Of a stretch of 64,000 bases of DNA, positions 37,880-50,535 are shown piece after piece. Both the position numbers and the translations under genes were made by a program. Numbering within the stretch: position 1 is the first letter of the stretch; each line of letters begins with the position of its first letter. Below the pieces are notes generated by a model. It was not told the DNA's origin. It worked only from the letters and a program-made list of their open reading frames with translations, and made no database searches. This DNA is from Eledone cirrhosa. Taxonomy: Eukaryota. The DNA lies in contig OZ024743.1 in the NCBI GenBank assembly GCA_964016885.1, positions 165,230,001 to 165,294,000 on the forward strand. The letters are read 5' to 3'.

Positions 37880-39450
37880 AACCACACTGTTCATCAGCTA
37901 GGTTGGACTTGACAATCTCCCTGCATCTCTTTGCCAGACACTTAGCATAGACTTTACCAGGGAAGCTTAACTTTCTACCGCAAGTGCAAGAAGGGGACTT
38001 ATTTCCAAGCCAAGCTTTGTAAGCCTCCTTCTTTGCTCAGCTGGCATCTTTGACCATTTGATTGAATGAATGGGGTTCTCCTGCCACCCAGTGCCACATG
38101 AAGCTGCTTTTGGCCATAGCCTTTAACAGCTGAGCTGAACAGTTTCTACTCCATTTCAATGTCCTCCGTTTGCTTAGGGAGTTCTCTGAATTTGGATGCA
38201 ATAGTATCTGCAAATCTGTTCCTGACCGCCTTATCTGCCAACACTTCCAAATTTATCATGTAGATCAACCTGGACCTGCAAGTTTTGTGGACTTTCTTGG
38301 CTTTAGGCAGTCTCAGATTGCAGATAACTAGATGATGATCAGTTGACAGCTTAGCCCCTCTCTTAACGCAAATATCCAGCACAGAATCGAAGGGATCAGA
38401 AACAATAAAATGAATTATTGATCCCTGTCTTTGATTCCTATTATACCATATGTATTTATGGAGGTCTTTGCGCTGAAAAGTGTTCATAATAGAAAGCCCA
38501 TTATTAGAATTAATAAGGCCTCTCCATTCATGTTTAGATTGGGATCACCATTCCTTCCAATCACTCCTTTCCATGTCAGGTAGTTAGTGCCAGCATGTGC
38601 ATTGATGTCTCCCATTAAGATATATGATTTAGAATTAACTACATCTAATGCTGCAGGATTTGTATTTGGGGTCTCTGTTTGGAGCACAAACTTACACCAC
38701 CCACAGAGACCTTTCTTTCAGCCTAATCTTCAAGAGTCAAATCCTCCTTCCCAATGGGATATATTTTATAACACATTCTGACAGCTGGGGCTTGTGAGTA
38801 TTCATACGTTTACCTGTGCAGTCTTTTCTAGAACCCCACATCTAAATAGTGGAATTTCCATCTTCAATCCAAATTAATAGTACCAGAGCCATGGAACTTT
38901 GATGAGGAAACCCTAATTATATCTAGCTGGTAGCATCTGGGCCCTTCTACTATTTCCTGCAAGGTTTGTAACACTCCAGTTAAAAATTGTCAAGGTTTTC
39001 TCCCTTCCAGATCCTCTCTGAGTTCTAGGGATACGTAACCTTTGTGCTTCCATCTCAAACTTCCCAGGATAGTTCTTGCAGCATGGGATAGAGACTGTAA
39101 TATATTTTTAGAACATGCTTCCCTAGCCGAGGCCTGAATGCAACCTTTGTAATACAATATGAAGGACAATGCAGTATGGATGCCTTTACTGCTTCCAGTC
39201 ATATTGGAGTGTTTTGGTGGTTCCATTCGCACCAGTCACCAGGTTGGTACTTTTCTCAGACTCACGAAAATTACGGATTTTTAGAGGCTGCTTTTACTTG
39301 CCTTGACATAGCTACATCATTGAGTTGTGAGAGTTTTCTTGGGAGGCAACAGTGTCTACCATTGCTCAATCTTCCCTAGTAGTTTACCACAGTTGGTCCA
39401 GGTTTGCTTATTTGTCTGGCAGGAGCCAGTATATATCGCAACTAACCACC
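37880..39450 (-). mobile_element. Degenerate RTE-like LINE 5'/endonuclease fragment
   Basis: LMGDINAHAG, NTFQRKDLHKYIWY, LSTDHHLV. Confidence 0.7.
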
Positions 39451-39679
39451 ATATCTAGTGACTGTATCACTATCTGCTACCTGCAGCCCATTCTCTGGTA
39501 GAACAGCACTGCCAAAAAACATAAACCTTCCAAAACAATCAAAGATAAAACAAAATCTAATTTATTGCTAACATTGTGAAATGTAATCAATATATAATAT
39601 AAAAGAGAGATGTTTCTTGGTTGGTTGGCTCGTTGATTGGTTTAATCACACACGCATGCGTACATAGACATACACTTCT

Positions 39680-39808
<129 letters not shown>

Positions 39809-39849
39809 ACGTATGCTGGTTTACACACACACACACATCTATCTATATA

Positions 39850-42800
39850 AAACACCCAGTCCATGCTGTAAAATGGAAGGGTGGATAGGGCCCCTGAGTC
39901 CAATAAGACGACCTCTCTAGTGCTGGTGGCACAAATAAAAGCACCCAGTCCATGCTGTAAAATGGAGGGATGGATAGGGCCCCTGAGTCCAGTAAGACAA
40001 CCTCTCTAGTGCTGGTGGCATGAATAAAAGCACCCAGTCCATGCTGTAAAGTGGTGCTGGTGTTATGAAGGGCATCCAACCAGTATATATACTACTGCCA
40101 AACACTATGAACACAACAATTGAAATTTGCAACAACTGCGTAAACAGCGATAACACTAACCATGTTAGGGCTGTGCACGGTAGTGGGGTGGCTGGTGCGG
40201 CCATGTGCGAGAACCCCCGACCGTCATCAAGCAATCGCACAAAAACAACTGCATAAACAGCAATAACACTAACCATGTTAGGGCTGCGCACGGTAGTGGG
40301 GTGGCTAGCGAGGCCATGTGTGAGAACCCCACGACCGTCATCAAGCAATCACACAACAGGAAAAAGAACGAGACGTCGCATCTGAGAGTTGCCACACTTA
40401 ATGTTGGCACTGTAACAGGTAGATCTGGGGAGATAGCGGAGATGCTGGAGAGAAGGTATGTGGATGTGTGCTGTGTGCAAGAGGTGAGATGGAGAGGTGC
40501 CTCTGCAAGACTAATCGCAGGCAAACATTGTAGTTATTCTGGGTGGGTAATGATGATGGGTTAGGTGGGGTGGGCATATTACTGGCTGAGAGACAGAACA
40601 ATAAGACAATAGAGGTAGTTAGAGTTAGTAATAGAATAATTAAGCCTAGGTTCGTTGCAGGCAAGAGACTACTGACAATCATCTCTACCTATGCTTTCTA
40701 GACAGGCCTAGGTAAAGAAGAGAAAGATGGCTTTTACAAGCAACTTTTATAAACAGCCTCAATGATAGAGGACAGAGACATCATTATGCTAGCATGGGAC
40801 TTCAATGGACATGTTGGACAGCTCCAGGATGGATACACTGGGATACATGGTGGGCACGGTTACGGCTCAAGAAATGAAGAAGGAGTGAGGCTTCTTGAAT
40901 TTTGTGATGCAAGTGCACTAACTATTTGCAACACTAACTTCCAGAAGCCTACCAACCACCTAATAACCTACAAATCGGGTGAGCACATAAGCCAGATTGA
41001 CTTCCTGCTAGTTAGACAGCGGATGGTGTCAAATACTAAGGCATACCCTGGGGAAGAATGTACGCCACAGCATAGGTTAGTCGTTAGTGACATCTCAGTA
41101 AGCAAGAGAAAGAATGAGACATACAGGAAGGTGTGGAAAAGAAAGGTCTGGAAGCTAAAAGACCGTTCATTAAAATATAAATTTAGCAAAGCCCTTCAAG
41201 ATGTGTATGACGAAAAAGAAGACGATTTAGAGTTGTATGACATAGATGATAACTGGAATTTCTTGCGTGACAACTTACTGCAGGCTACTGAAGAAACTTG
41301 TGGTTGGGGCAGAGCTTCAACCAGACAGAGAGTGACCTGGTGGTGGAGACAAAAGACTGGCATGGAAGGCTTGGGAAAACGGTGGGAGTAGATACGGATA
41401 CGCAGCCGCTAAGAGAGAAGCTAAGTGTCAGGTGTACTTAACACGCAGGGAGGTTGAGAGTAGGAGGTTTGCCAATGTTCTGCGATGAGAAGATCAGAGA
41501 CGTGCGGTGTTCCGCTGCGCAAGGCAGTGTGTCAGTGTAAATCAGGATGTTGTTGGAGATAAGTGTGTCTGGAATAATGCTGGTGTACTTAGTGTCACGA
41601 ATGATCAGAAAAAGGAGGCCTGGAAATGTCATTATGAGACTAATGAATGTGGAGAACGAATGGGAGAGAGAGAAATTACCCTCAGTAGACCCGACAGAGG
41701 GAGCAGCTATTGAGATTGACGAATATAGGGTACAAGAGGCAATTAAGGAAATGAAGAATGGTAAGGCTACTGGACTGTCGGGGATAGTTGTTAAGATGCT
41801 GAAGGCATCAGGAGAAGTAGGCACTGAACTGGTTGCACACATCATCAATCAAGCTATATATGGGTCTCATACCCAAAGACTGGTGCAGCAGTATTCTCAT
41901 AAATTGCTACAAAGGTAAAGGGGATGCTCTAGAGAGGAGCAATTATAGGGGCATAAAGCTGATGGATCAGGTTATGAAAGTGGCAGAGAGAATATTGGCG
42001 CAACTGATTAGAGAAAGTGTCAAATTAGATGAGATGCAGTTTGGTTTTGTGCCTCGGAAAAGTACAACAGAGGCCCTCTTCTTAGTGAGGCAACTACAAG
42101 AGAGGTTCTTAGAGAAGAATAAGCCACTATACTTAGCTTTTGTTGACCTAGAGAAGACCTTTGATAGGGTACCCCGATCTGTCATCTGGTGGTCCCTAAG
42201 GAAACTAGGTGTAGAGGAATGGCTTGTGAGGACAGTGCAAGCTATGTACAGGGGTGCTGTCAGTAAAGTGAGAATAGGAATGGAGTTTAGTGAGGAATTC
42301 CAGATACAAGTAGGTGTACATCAGGGTTCGGTCCTCCAAGCCATAACAGAGGAGTTTAAGACTAGATGCCCATGGGAACTTCTCTATGCTGATGATTTTG
42401 TTCTTATAGCAGAGTCAGTAGAGGAGCTAGAGAATAAATTCTGGCTATGGAAACAGCAGTTGGAATCAAGAGGCCTGAGAGTGAACATAGCTAAAACAAA
42501 AGTGTTGATAAGTAGAAGAGAGGACAATACTCTGATTCCATCAGGGAAATGGCCATGTTCGATATGTAGGAAAAGAACTGGCATAAATTCTATAAAATAT
42601 ACGCAATGCAGATCTTGGGTACACACGAGATGTATTGTGATAGCAGGCAAACTAACAGGTAGGGAAAACTACGTATGCACTAGAAGTACAGGGAATGTTG
42701 GCAGTAGTAATCACAGTGATAGACACATTTTTCCAATGCAGGTGGGTTCTATAGAAGTGGTTGATAGCTTCCGGTACCTAGGTGATCAGATTAGAATGGG

Positions 42801-43377
42801 AGGGGGGTGTTCCGAGGCCATAGTATCTAGAATAAGGATGGGCTGGAAGAAGTTTAGGGAGCTGCTTCCTCTGTTGACAAAGAAAGGTTTCTCCCTGCGT
42901 ACGAAAGGCCGGTTATATGATGCCTGTGTGAGATGCGCGATGCTGCATGGTAGTGAGACATGGGCAGCAACTGCAGCAGATATGCGACGGCTGGAGAGAA
43001 ATGAAGCAAATATGCTCCGTTGGATGTGCAATGTCAATGTGCGTGAACGACCAAGCATGGACGAGTTGAGAAAGAAACTGGGTATAAGAGGGATAAATTG
43101 TGGTGTGCAGGAGAGAAGGCTGAGATGGTATGGACATGTGATGCGCATGGAGGATGACCGCTGGGTAAAGAAGTGCCAAGAAATCCCAGTAGAAGGAAGA
43201 CGCATTAGAGGTAGACCACGAAAAACATGGGCGGAGGTGGTGAGAGCAGACCTCAGATTGCTGAAACTCACCGAGGAGATGACGAAGGACCGTGACAAGT
43301 GGAGAGATGCTGTGCTGAATAGGACCCGGCCAACCCTTGCAAGCAGGGAAAAGCGGATGTAAAATGATGATGATGAA
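39850..43377 (+). mobile_element. Near full-length RTE-clade LINE with tandemly repeated 5' UTR and (GAT)n tail
   Basis: LRVATLNVGT, VQEVRW, DFNGHVG, QIDF; RT ORF to 43362 (VDLEKTFD, GVHQGS, YADD); ~92-bp and ~115-bp 5' repeats. Confidence 0.93.
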
Positions 43378-46300
43378 AGACAAAGACAGAGAGGGAGATT
43401 TGTGCGTTCTAGATTGTTTCGCGGCCAGCATCTGTAATAAGTGAGTCAGAAAGAGAGAGAGAGAGAGAATGTGTGTGAAAGAAACAGATATAGAGACTAA
43501 AAGAGAGGAAGAGTTACAGAGGGTGAGAGAGAAACACAGAACTATGTGAGACAACTCTACACTATACAGGAAAGGGGGATTTCTGAGTGCATGCATGTGT
43601 GTGTTAGTGAAGATTTGTGTGTGTGGCGTCCCACAATAAATCAAAGTATCAGTAGGTTTGTCGTTTTACACCAGTCATTGAAAGTTAGGTGATACTAACT
43701 ACAACACAGAACACATAGAAAATTGATACTATTTGAAATTAATTTACTGTGTATATTAATTTAGCTTTTTGTTGATAGAGTCATATTATTATTGATCTAA
43801 TTCAGATGACAGAGTGTCAGCCTATTCTCTAAGGCTGCGATTTGCATTTATTTCTATTTTTATTATATTGCCTTGTATTGTTTGTTTTTTTCACAATATT
43901 TTCCAAGAAAATTAATTTCATCATGTCACAAAAACACCGCTCTTCTATCGGTGTAGTTACAATGTCTGCCAAACGGTTGAAATCTTCAAGTGAAAGAGAA
44001 ACTCAGAGACGGGAAACAGAAAGATTAAGGCAAGAAGGAAGTCGATCCCAACTTTCTGAAAGTCAACACAACTTGAGACGGGAATCAGAAAGACAATCGC
44101 AACAAACGGGTCTGAATATGAAAACCACCGAGAGGCAATGAGAGTTGCGATGGAAACGTGAGAAGCACAAAGGACTCTTCAAGGAAAAATAAACTGGCTA
44201 AGAGCTGCATTTTCATATGATCCATCGAGAAATTATAGAAATGATCCTAAAGTCGTGATTGGTAGCATGGATATTATATGCAGTAGTTGTGGAGCGAGAA
44301 AATGGAAAGGAGAAACACTTGGCATGTGTCCCTTAGGAGGAAAGGTCACATTTCTACTGATAGAAGACCCTCCACCTGTTATTCACATACTGCTTACATC
44401 CCATACTAACGAAGCTAAACACTTCAGGAGCAATGTTATGCGGTATAATGCTGCATTTCAGATGACATCCTTTGGAGCTGAAAAAGATCATACTGACTAT
44501 GGTTATTTCACAACATTTAAAATTCAAGGACAATGCTACCATTTAATCGGTAGTTTACTCCCCCTAATGAGGAACCAAAATTCTTTCAAGTTTACTTTTT
44601 GGTAACAACGAACAAGAAGCTACTCAACGATGCAGAAATATTTCCGGTGGTCTTCAGCTACAAGTTATTAGTAGTCTGCAAAATAGGCTTCATGAAAACC
44701 CTCATTACATAAGAGTATTCAAATTTGCCTTAGAAAAATAAGAAGGCAAACCCCATGTATAAAATTACTATGAGACCTGATAAAAAAAAACAGCAAAAAA
44801 ACGCAAAAGGAAGACGAAGTGGCTGTACTGATGGTCAATGAATAACATAAATCCAGAGATATCATTGTACAGGAGAAATTACGAAGAATTGCAGAGACAC
44901 ACAGAGCATACAACGCTCTTCAGTATCCTTTGGTTTTTTTGAGAGGTCAGGATGGATACAATTTCGCCTCAAGACAAGTAAACCCCAGTACAGTCAAGGA
45001 AACTAATAAATCGGTCAGTCACCAACATTTTTATTCATTTCACTTCATGGTAAGGGATTGCTTTAACTATATCCTAAGAATGGGAAGACTTACAAACCAA
45101 TTAATGGTTGATGTTTATGCCAAGATTGAAGCTGAATGGTTGGCATCCATTAAAAACAACCAAGCTAAACTTAGAGAAGAGCAATACATCCATTTGAGAG
45201 ACACCATTATAACTGATGGAATGAATCCTTCCAGTGTTGGTCAGCCAGACATTCTGCCATCTAGCTTCACAGGGAGTCCATGCTATATGGCTGAGCATAC
45301 ACAAGACGCCATGGAATATCTAAGAAAATTTGGTTGTCCAGATCTTTTCATTACATTTACATTCAATCTTACATGGCCAGAAATTCAAAATGAACTGTTT
45401 GAACACCAATATGCAAAAGATAGACATGACATCATTGCCAGAGCTTTTAATGAGAAACAGAAGATCTTGATGTGGCTGCTAAAAGATGGACAAATCTTTG
45501 GTGAACTAAGATGTTGGTTTTACACTATTGAATGACAGAAAAGAGGTCTTCCTCATTCCCATATGCTAATTTGATGTTCAGACCACATTCACTCAGATCA
45601 AATTGATAAACTTATAAGCCTCAAATTGCCCGATTGTGATGAAGACCCAGAACTATTTGCCATTATCTCAAAACAAATGATACATGGTCCATGTGGCAGT
45701 ATCAACCCTTAGTGTGTGTGCATGGGAAGTAACAAATATGAAAAAAGATATCCAAGGCCTTTTCAACAAGAAACCTTAACTGGTGATGAGAAGCCCTCAC
45801 TGTGGTGGAAAATCTTTGATTATCAAGATATGAGGTCAAGATGTTCAGGTTGGTAACAATTGCGTTGTTCCCTACAATCCTCTCCTCTGCAAAATCCTTG
45901 ACGCTCACATCAATAGTGAGTACAGCGTATCAGGAAAATCAATTAAGTATATTTGTAAATATGTCAACAAAGGTAGTGATATGGCAACTTTTACTATAGG
46001 TGGCATAACCAATTGAATGAAGTTAAAACATACCTAACAGGGAGATATATTTCTATAATGAAGCCATATGGAGAATCTTTGGTTTTGACATACACAATAG
46101 ACACCCCGCGGTAGTGAACCTAGCAGTCCATTTGGAAAATGGTCAGAGGGTATATTACACTGAAGAAAATGCACAATTGATTGCTGCGCCTCCTCCAGAC
46201 ACAACGCACACTGCTTTTTTAAAAGCTTTATGGAGAAGATGCTTTCGCTAAAACCTTGCTCTATCACGAGATTCCCACATTCTACACATGGAATAAAAAG

Positions 46301-46951
46301 AAATGAAGCGGATGAAAGATAGGCAACCATGTGGATGGCTATCAAAACATCAAAGCAAGTGGTGAAATAGGAAAAGTTTACATGGTCCATCCTAGACATA
46401 GGGAATGTTTCCATTTGAGGTTACTCCTTCACGTACATGGAACTCCCTGTGCAATGTATGCTGAAGCAAGTAAATTACTTGGCCTACTTGAAGACAGGGA
46501 ATATTTGAAAAAGACATTGGAAGAGGCAGCTGCCGCACAAATGCCTAAAAAGCTTTGACAGCTCTTCACTGTAATGCTCACTACGTGCAATATTTCAGAT
46601 CCCTTGAGTCACTGGGAAAGCTATAAGAAAGACTTGTCGGAAGATATATTGCACAGGATCAAACTTCAAGACACTGGCATTAATGTAGATTTTTCTCCAC
46701 CTATCTGTAATGAAGCACTTTCAGAAATTAACAACCACCTGAGTGAAATTGGCTGGTCCCTTAAGGATTACAGTTTACCAGAACCTGAGGACACAGTTGC
46801 ATACTCTATTGCAGAGGATATATTAAAGGAGATGAATTATAACATCAACAAGCTTACACAATATGTCAATGAAAATGAAGAAAAGTTGATTGAAGATCAA
46901 AGAATTGCTTATGAAAAAATATTGACCAATATCGACCAGAATGAAGGAGGC

Positions 46952-48998
46952 TATAGTTTAGTACTAGGTTGTATGAATGTAACAAGGAATACATTGTTTG
47001 TGTGTAGATATATATTTAATTAACAATGGTAGATAGTATAGTTGACATATCAAAGAAATAGATGATAGAATGAAGCAAAGTTAGTAGTTACCGTTTTGAT
47101 TGCCAGGCAAACGCGGCTGGCAGAGGACGCCTGGCTAAGGCCAGGCGTCTGTTGGCCAAATGACAGGCAGAGCCAAATGAGAGGCTCTTGGCCTGGTGCC
47201 GAAAAGGCAGAGAGAGAATGAGAACCTAAAGTTGTTAGTTTTATAGGGTTCTGACCGGAAGTTGCAGAAAGGGTTCTACTTCCCGTCTAGATGATAACCC
47301 AAACAAGGGAGACAACCGCTACATAACCCCCCGCCAGAATTTTAGTGTATAAAAATCGAAATGAAAATATGTAGCAAGTTGGCGAGAATGTTGTAACAGG
47401 CATGAAAATTACGACAAAAGAATGTTTGGAAAAATCAATGATAGATATCAAGGTAGCCAACCGCTCTTGGCCAGAGAACGACTGGACATCCATCTATCCA
47501 TCACCCAAAGATACAATGTAATAAAGTAAGAGAAGAGTTCAAAGTTCAAATGTACAGAATATAGTTCACAGGTGTGCAATCACTTGACAGCAGGAAAGAA
47601 AGTGTGTTCCAGAGAATGAATGCAGGTGGTTTCTGTTCTGTGGTATATCGTGAAATTTCCAACCTCCGAATGGATTTTGTCACAGGAAGAATGCTGCAAA
47701 AATAAATTCTCTGGCTTTGGTTGTTGGTGAAGCTGTGTTGATGTATTGCTGCTGCTGTTGCTGTTGCTGCTGCTGTTGTCTCGCTGAGTGAGCGTATTCG
47801 GTGTTTAAATTCACAGTAAAAAAATTTTTTTTTAGAAAAAATGAGTTGCGCAAAGTGCTAGAAATAGCAGCCGAAGTTGATGGTCGATGTTGAGAATGCG
47901 TTGACCTGGAAGGGTCAAGAGGCCAGCGACCAGAGGAATAAGCATTCTTAATAAATGCGCGGTTATCAACGGTAAATTTACATTGTAAATTTATAAACCG
48001 GCAAATAGAAGAATATAGCTTAAGGCTGAAGAATCCTTGGCGAGAAATGTTATCTCTGGCGTGCGGCTATCTCTGTGAGTCGAGGATTTGTGCTGCCTAC
48101 ACGTGCCAATACAAGGTTGAAAAAATAATATTTCTAACGCGCGAGAAAATGATAGTGCAATTTTGAAAGTGACAATGATGAAAAAGAAAGGCTTCACTCA
48201 GCATAATTATTGGTGTGAACTTTGAAAAGAAAAAAAAACTTGAACGATGAAGAAAACGATGAACAAAAAGGCAATGGTTCATCGAAAATAAATGTTCCTG
48301 TTGAAATGTTTTTTAAATATCAAATTTCTTTTCTTTTTTTTTTTTTTTTTTTGAAAGAGTTCGTTGTAAGAAACGAGAAACATGTATATGTATCGTGAAA
48401 TGCGACAGTTAGTTGATGTGTGAGAGAAAAAGTCTGTCTGTGCGAATTCCACATGTGCGTGTGTGCGTGTCCTTGAGTATTTTCATAGTTTGTCGATAAA
48501 TTTGCTGTGTATTCGTAATGTTACTCACACAAAACCAGATGTGCTATTTTTTCTTTTTTTTTGGGGGGGGGGGGGTGACCACTTATAGCGATGAACGGCT
48601 GCGTGTTCGTATCACGTCAGGGTTACCAATATAGCGAGAGTACTGGGTTGTATGAATGTAACAAGGAATACATGGTTTGGTGTATAATATTTAATTAACA
48701 ATGGTAGATAGTATAGTTGACATATCAAAGAAATAGATGATAGAATGAAGCAAAGTTAGTAGTTACCGTTTTGATTGCCAGGCAAACGCGGCTGGCAGAG
48801 GACGCCTGGCTAAGGCCAGGCGTCTGTTGGCCAAATGACAGGCAGAGCCAAATGAGAGGCTCTTGGCCTGGTGCCGAAAAGGCAGAGAGAGAATGAGAAC
48901 CTAAAGTTGTTAGTTTTATAGGGTTCTGACCGGAAGTTGCAGAAAGGGTTCTACTTCCCGTCTAGATGATAACCCAAACAAGGGAGATAACCGCTACA
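46952..48998 (-). mobile_element. Non-autonomous LTR retrotransposon (LTRs 46952-47323 and 48630-48998), 4-bp TSD AGGC
   Basis: ~370-bp near-identical direct repeats; aggc at 46948-46951 and 48999-49002; PBS TGGTAACCCTGACGTGAT; PPT-like ggcggggggtta next to 47323; no gag/pol ORF. Confidence 0.9.
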
Positions 48999-49270
48999 AG
49001 GCCTTTACTTTTTGGATGCTCCAGGAGGAACTGGTAAAACCTTCGTAATAAATCTCATATTAGCAAAAGTAAGGCAGTAAAACAAAATTGCTTCAAGTGG
49101 TATTGCTACTACCTTACTTGATGGAGGCAAAACAGCACACTCAACGTTCAAGTTGCCATTGAATGTTACAAGAGAAGAGTCTCCTTCATGCAATATCAAA
49201 AAGAACACACCAAAAGCAAAACTTTTAGAAAAATGCTCCGTGATCATATGGGATGAAGCCACAATGGCAC

Positions 49271-49711
49271 ATCATCATCACTGTTTTACATCCGTTCTTC
49301 CACGCTGGTATGGATTAGACGGGTTGTCCTGTTGTGGGCAGTGTCCGGTCAGCTGACCTTGTCTTGTTCATACGAGAACTGATTCTGGCTTGATTTCTAC
49401 AGCTGGATGCCCTTCCTAACACCAATCTCATTTACAGTGAGTGCTGAGTGCTTTTTTTTCCGTGGCACCTACACCTCCACTTTTACAGTGTGGGCTGGGT
49501 GCTTTTTTGCCGTTGCACCTCCACGACCACTTTGCAGTGGAATGATAGGGACCCCAGTCCTATCATCTCATTTCTACAGCTGAATAAACTGGAGCAATGT
49601 GAAATAAAGTGTCTTGCTCAAGGAAACAACACATCACCCAGTCCGAGAATTGAACTCACAACCTTTCGATTGCAAGCCCAATGCTCTAACCACTAAGCCA
49701 TACGCCTTCAC
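49271..49711 (-). mobile_element. Full-length SINE family 2 (tRNA head, CORE-like part, RTE-derived body and tail)
   Basis: Head matches 22769-22890; (GAT)n tail; splits Helitron ATMAH|RKLFEALD. Confidence 0.85.
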
Positions 49712-49739
49712 TAGAAAGTTATTTGAGGCTCTGGACCAT

Positions 49740-50535
49740 TATTTAAGATGTAGCGGAGCTATCTATTTGCATGGTGTGTAACTATAATCTATTCATGCGT
49801 GATTAGGTCACTGGTTGATCAATCGTGAGTCGCGCATGAATATTAACTTTCGCCCAAACAAAGATTTTCCCGCTTCTTTTGTTTTCACTACACACTTGCT
49901 GCCTTTGACTCTGACAAGCAAGTCAACAACTCTCCAACATGTAACGGTAAAATTTCATTTCGGCCTGTCCAGCCTCATATCGGCCAGGCACAGCGCCTTT
50001 CTTTGCTTTTAACTTTTGCTTTGTTTGTTCTTTTGTTTGGCATGCCAGCTCAACTTTGTAATTGGTTGTAAATAAAACATGTAAAATATTATAAGGTCTT
50101 GTAATATTTTTACCACAACCATCACCTTTGGACGTGATATGGGAAGAATCCTTTTTCCAAGGTTCTTATCACTACAATAGCTTTATACTTCTTTTGTGGC
50201 TACAAAACTTACAACCAAACTACAACTTCTAACATTCATCTTTAATACAAACAACATTCACTTCTCAACTAACATTCACTTTACGGCTAACATGACCTCA
50301 CACATAATATACCGTTACATTTCTCACTATAACAAAATAGCTAAACAACTCCTCGTGTACAATCATCAATAACATGATTCCTCTTATTCTTATTATGTCA
50401 ACACGGCATAATAAACTTTCTTATTAATATTTGCCTTTCATCCTTCCGGGGTCGATAGAATAAAGTACATTGGGTAATTGCTGGCCTTGTGCCAAAAGTA
50501 GAAACAATTAATATTATGCCAACACGACATAATAT
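49740..50535. mobile_element. Unclassified ~800-bp insertion in the Helitron 1 helicase, containing a partial family-1 SINE (50430-50509)
   Basis: Helicase reading EALD resumes at RDIRGC (~50553); the insert has tgtagcgg near its start and cacgaca near its end. Confidence 0.55.
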
